Source: a plasmid. From it: a stretch of DNA of 1,545 nt. The stretch is taken from assembly GCF_054482525.1 (NCBI RefSeq), contig NZ_JBTHVG010000001.1. One strand, 5' to 3'. Numbering within the stretch: position 1 is the stretch's first letter; each line of letters begins with the position of its first letter. Of the stretch, positions 1 through 1,545 are shown piece by piece. Both the position numbers and the translations under genes were made by a program. The notes under the pieces are model-generated. The model was not told the DNA's origin. It was given only the letters and a program-made list of their open reading frames with translations, and did not search any database.

Positions 1-49
1 ATGTGCAAATGTAATACCGTCACCCGCGACGATATTCCGTTTGCCATCT

Positions 50-74
50 GGTCAGGGCTTCGCCCCGACACCCC
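50..74. repeat. Left copy of a perfect 25-bp inverted repeat (ggtcagggcttcgccccgacacccc)
   Basis: Exact reverse complement of 1366..1390, verified base by base; the match stops on both sides. Confidence 0.9.
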
Positions 75-110
75 GCATCAGTGCGTACGTGCTCAATGTG
101 GTTTCCCGTT

Positions 111-172
111 CTCTTCCGCTTCCTCGCCCACTCGCTCACTAACGTTCGGTCGCTGGGGCTGCGGCGAGCGGT
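111..172 (+). other. ColE1-type primosome assembly site (pas/ssi)-like segment
   Basis: Exact 17-mer ctcttccgcttcctcgc (111..127) and exact 16-mer ggctgcggcgagcggt (157..172), separated by 29 nt of related sequence. This matches my recollection of the pMB1/pUC region just downstream of the ColE1 origin, where the spacing is 27 nt. A short ccgcatcag string sits just upstream (73..81), as in pBR322. Confidence 0.6.
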
Positions 173-476
173 GCCACCTCTCGCATGTTGTCGGTGATTC
201 CGCTGTTGTTCTTCTGGGGATGAGTCGTCAGACAGCCCTTCAAACGCGCTCAGAAGCTCTCAGACGCACGAAACGGGATTTAAATGCCCGTCAGGGCATG
301 GAAGGCGCGAAAAACGCTTACAGAGCGTTTCAGGAGGTCAGGCGCGCCGATACCCCTAGCCAGGGGCTTTCAGGTCGCCAGGAACCGCGTCAGCCCCCTG
401 CAAAGCCCATTTGCACGGTACAGGCAGCCACTCGGTTGGTAGGTGGTCGTAGACCGTCGGTGTTACAGCGATGGGG

Positions 477-526
477 GTCTGGGGTTCTCCCCAGACGGTT
501 TCCGGTTGCGCTCAAGGCGCTGCCGG
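477..526. other. Two adjacent strong stem-loops in a GC-rich, probably non-coding region (candidate structured RNA or origin secondary structure)
   Basis: Stem-loop A: gtctgggg (477..484), loop ttct, ccccagac (489..496), 8 perfect base pairs. Stem-loop B: ccggttgcgc (502..511), loop tcaag, gcgctgccgg (517..526), 10-bp stem with one mismatch and one G-T wobble. Further hairpins at 286..297 (gcccgtcagggc) and 312..330 (aaacgct / agcgttt). Confidence 0.45.
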
Positions 527-666
527 AACCGTGGCGGCTCGGTCGTTCTGGAGATCGGGGAGCAAAAACACGCAAGGGATTTTGAGGCGGCAAAAGAGCA
601 ATGCAGGATAGACAATCATGGTCAGAACGTTAACACGTAACCCCTGATTGTCCGCCTGCCGCTGGC

Positions 667-1146
667 TCAATTTGAAAACATGGCCATGATTCGGCGCTGA
701 ATATCACCGTCTTTGTTGACCAGTGTTTTAGTGACAAACGCCGCGTAGTTTTTAGATGTGTTGTATCCCTTCCAGACTTCATGTGGATCGAGTGCATACG
801 CACAAACCTTACCGGCAACAGGAATTCTGACTAACGCGTTTTTTGATTCTAAGTAGTTGAGCCAGCGCTTAATTGTGCTTCGGCTAACACCCAATTTATC
901 TGCTAAAAACTGCTGATCGGCAACAACAGCACCGCATGAGGGATCTATGTGCTCAGCTAAAAACGAGTAAAGCGGTATTGCTACAACTCCCTGCTTGTCC
1001 TTCGACAGTTCTCGGATCCTTTCCCAGCCCTTCTGATAAACCTGGGTGAATGGGCCGTTATTTTTCGGATCTGGTTCCGATTCTTTGTTTAATTTTTCCA
1101 GTTCTTTTAGACGCTTTTTTCGCTGCTCTTCAGTCCCGATATACAT
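667..1146 (-). CDS. Putative winged-helix DNA-binding protein, 159 aa; candidate plasmid replication initiator and/or autoregulator (Rep-like). Family not verified.
   Basis: Complete ORF on the minus strand: ATG at 1146..1144, stop TGA (tca on + strand) at 667..669, in-frame stop upstream at 1174..1176. GGAG Shine-Dalgarno (ctcc at 1154..1157 on + strand) 7 nt upstream of the ATG. The protein has a charged helical N-terminus (EEQRKKRLKELEKLNKESE) and a typical helix-turn-helix with following wing (ADQQFLADKLGVSRSTIKRWLNYLESKNALVRIP). The Rep function is inferred from context (upstream repeats, AT-rich tract, flanking pas-like and oriT-like DNA), not from recognised sequence homology. Confidence 0.8.
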   Translation of the reverse strand: MYIGTEEQRKKRLKELEKLNKESEPDPKNNGPFTQVYQKGWERIRELSKDKQGVVAIPLYSFLAEHIDPSCGAVVADQQFLADKLGVSRSTIKRWLNYLESKNALVRIPVAGKVCAYALDPHEVWKGYNTSKNYAAFVTKTLVNKDGDIQRRIMAMFSN

Positions 1147-1205
1147 GGTAAATCTCCACGGTCTAATGATGGCTCAAATATAAGCCATCATAGCTCAAAC
1201 GTAAA
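1147..1205 (-). promoter_or_regulatory. Candidate sigma70 promoter and RBS for the 667..1146 gene
   Basis: On the minus strand: -35 TTTACG (+ coords 1200..1205), 17-bp spacer, -10 TATATT (+ coords 1177..1182), then GGAG RBS (1154..1157) 7 nt before the ATG. The -35 is a 4/6 match to consensus; spacing is ideal. Prediction by eye only. Confidence 0.4.
1166..1191. promoter_or_regulatory. Perfect palindrome (9-bp arms atgatggct / agccatcat, 8-bp spacer) overlapping the candidate -10; putative operator
   Basis: Arms at 1166..1174 and 1183..1191 are exact reverse complements; the spacer caaatata (1175..1182) contains the candidate -10 of the minus-strand gene. This arrangement is typical of autoregulated plasmid rep or regulator genes. 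The palindrome is seen directly; operator function is inferred. Confidence 0.5.
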
Positions 1206-1222
1206 CCATGATAGGTCGACCT

Positions 1223-1272
1223 AGCTCACACATGCGTGAGCTAACCTTAGACCATGCATGCGTGAGCTAACC
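1223..1272. repeat. Iteron-like repeat cluster: two identical 16-bp direct repeats (catgcgtgagctaacc) 26 bp apart, the first embedded in a 7-bp-arm palindrome
   Basis: Exact copies at 1231..1246 and 1257..1272. Palindrome agctcac / gtgagct at 1223..1229 and 1236..1242. The core agct(c/a)a recurs at 1192, 1223, 1239, 1265 and 1284. Located just upstream of the candidate -35 of the HTH gene and next to an AT-rich tract (1276..1330). Confidence 0.75.
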
Positions 1273-1335
1273 CATAATGCAAGTAGCTAAAAAATCAATA
1301 ACTTACAAAATCGCCCTTAAATATCTTTTCTGCTG

Positions 1336-1365
1336 AAAGTGTTGCGCAAAGCGGAACACTTTTTT
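1336..1365 (+). terminator. GC-containing hairpin followed by a T-run; intrinsic-terminator-like on the + strand, or alternatively an oriT-proximal inverted repeat
   Basis: Stem aaagtgttgcgc (1336..1347) pairs with gcggaacacttt (1351..1362) with one mismatch, loop aaa, followed by further T residues to 1365. No convincing + strand transcript feeds into it, so function is ambiguous. Confidence 0.3.
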
Positions 1366-1390
1366 GGGGTGTCGGGGCGAAGCCCTGACC
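1366..1390. repeat. Right copy of the perfect 25-bp inverted repeat; coincides with the 5' part of the bom/oriT-like sequence
   Basis: ggggtgtcggggcgaagccctgacc is the exact reverse complement of 50..74. Confidence 0.9.
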
Positions 1391-1428
1391 CAGTCACAGA
1401 GCGATAGCGATGTGTATACTGGCTTAAT
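1366..1428 (+). other. ColE1/pMB1-type bom (oriT)-like sequence including the conserved nick-region motif gtgtatactggcttaa
   Basis: Recalled from the pBR322/ColE1 bom region: shared strings gggtgtcggggcg, tgacccagtcac, agcgatagcg and gtgtatactggcttaa occur in the same order and spacing, with scattered substitutions. By analogy the nick would lie in ctgg/ctta at about 1422/1423. Homology is from memory, not a computed alignment. Confidence 0.65.
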
Positions 1429-1545
1429 CATCTGCAAGCCTTGTCAGCCGTGATTTTTGCCAGATTTCGCGCTCTCCACGTTCAACAGCTCCATCATGGT
1501 TTTGCCGTCCGTTCACCGTTAAAACGCCTCAGAAATCGGGACAGG

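Noticed and set aside
81-108. Possible Xer (cer/dif-like) recombination site near agtgcgtacgt
   Set aside because: The left arm resembles the cer XerC arm I recall (ggtgcgtacaa), but the spacer and the XerD arm do not match the consensus. Probably coincidental.
220-300. Rop-like start (MSRQTAL...) and the 12-mer gcccgtcagggc, which also occurs upstream of bom in pBR322
   Set aside because: The peptide resemblance to the Rop N-terminus is superficial and I see no DNA similarity to rop. The 12-mer is a short hairpin-forming motif that could match by chance given how many remembered sequences it was compared against.
332-337. Strong Shine-Dalgarno-like AGGAGG on the + strand
   Set aside because: No ATG, GTG or TTG start codon at a suitable distance downstream. 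Likely incidental within the structured region.
1-585. 194-aa ORF on the + strand starting at position 1
   Set aside because: It spans the pas-like segment and the hairpin-rich GC region, which are non-coding in the ColE1-family backbones I recall. The translation is Arg/Gly/Pro-rich and low in complexity with no hydrophobic core, and there is no RBS before the ATG within the window. Most likely a GC-driven open frame. Small residual chance that part of it is coding.
390-640. ORFs 390..593 (-) 67 aa and 443..640 (+) 65 aa
   Set aside because: They overlap each other and the palindromic stem-loops at 477..526, have low-complexity Arg/Pro/Gly-rich translations and no convincing RBS. Typical spurious frames in structured GC-rich DNA.
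175-640. Canonical ColE1 RNAI/RNAII antisense pair and RNAII promoter
   Set aside because: Searched by eye on both strands. No RNAI-type terminator, no clear -35/-10 pair for an RNAII promoter and no origin-core motifs were found, only short patchy similarities. Not annotated.
630-818. ORF 630..818 (-) 62 aa
   Set aside because: Out-of-frame overlap with the 3' part of the well-supported 667..1146 gene and no RBS; treated as a shadow ORF.
50-1390. Interpretation of the 25-bp inverted repeats as terminal inverted repeats of an IS or transposon
   Set aside because: No transposase-sized ORF lies between them, there are no flanking direct target-site duplications (ccatct vs cagtca), and the right copy is part of a conserved oriT-like sequence. 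A recombination or oriT-related origin is more plausible.
1411-1419. Near-consensus DnaA box (tgtgtatac, reverse orientation)
   Set aside because: An 8/9 match, but it lies inside the conserved bom nick-region motif and is better explained as part of oriT. No cluster of DnaA boxes is present elsewhere.
1-1545. CRISPR arrays, tRNA or rRNA genes, cloning-vector contamination
   Set aside because: No spacer-repeat periodicity or tRNA-like cloverleaf candidates seen. The ColE1-like segments differ at many positions from pBR322/pUC and retain the bom nick region that pUC vectors lack, so this looks like a natural relative rather than vector sequence.

Overview
This window looks like a compact, mosaic plasmid replicon-plus-mobilisation module rather than chromosomal DNA. 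One CDS is well supported: a 159-aa winged-helix DNA-binding protein on the minus strand (667..1146), with a GGAG ribosome-binding site, a candidate sigma70 promoter whose -10 sits inside a perfect 9-bp-arm palindrome, and two identical 16-bp direct repeats plus an AT-rich tract just upstream. It is flanked by two segments that I recognise from memory as homologous to the ColE1/pMB1 backbone: a primosome-assembly (pas/ssi)-like segment at 111..172 and a bom/oriT-like segment with the conserved nick-region motif at 1366..1428. Between the pas-like segment and the gene lies a GC-rich, hairpin-dense region (about 175..640) where I could not find the canonical ColE1 origin core or a convincing RNAI/RNAII pair. 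A perfect 25-bp inverted repeat (50..74 and 1366..1390) brackets nearly the whole module, and its right copy is the start of the oriT-like site. The large 194-aa ORF at 1..585 is most likely a spurious reading frame across non-coding origin DNA. All family assignments are from recall and by-eye comparison; no database search or computation was possible.
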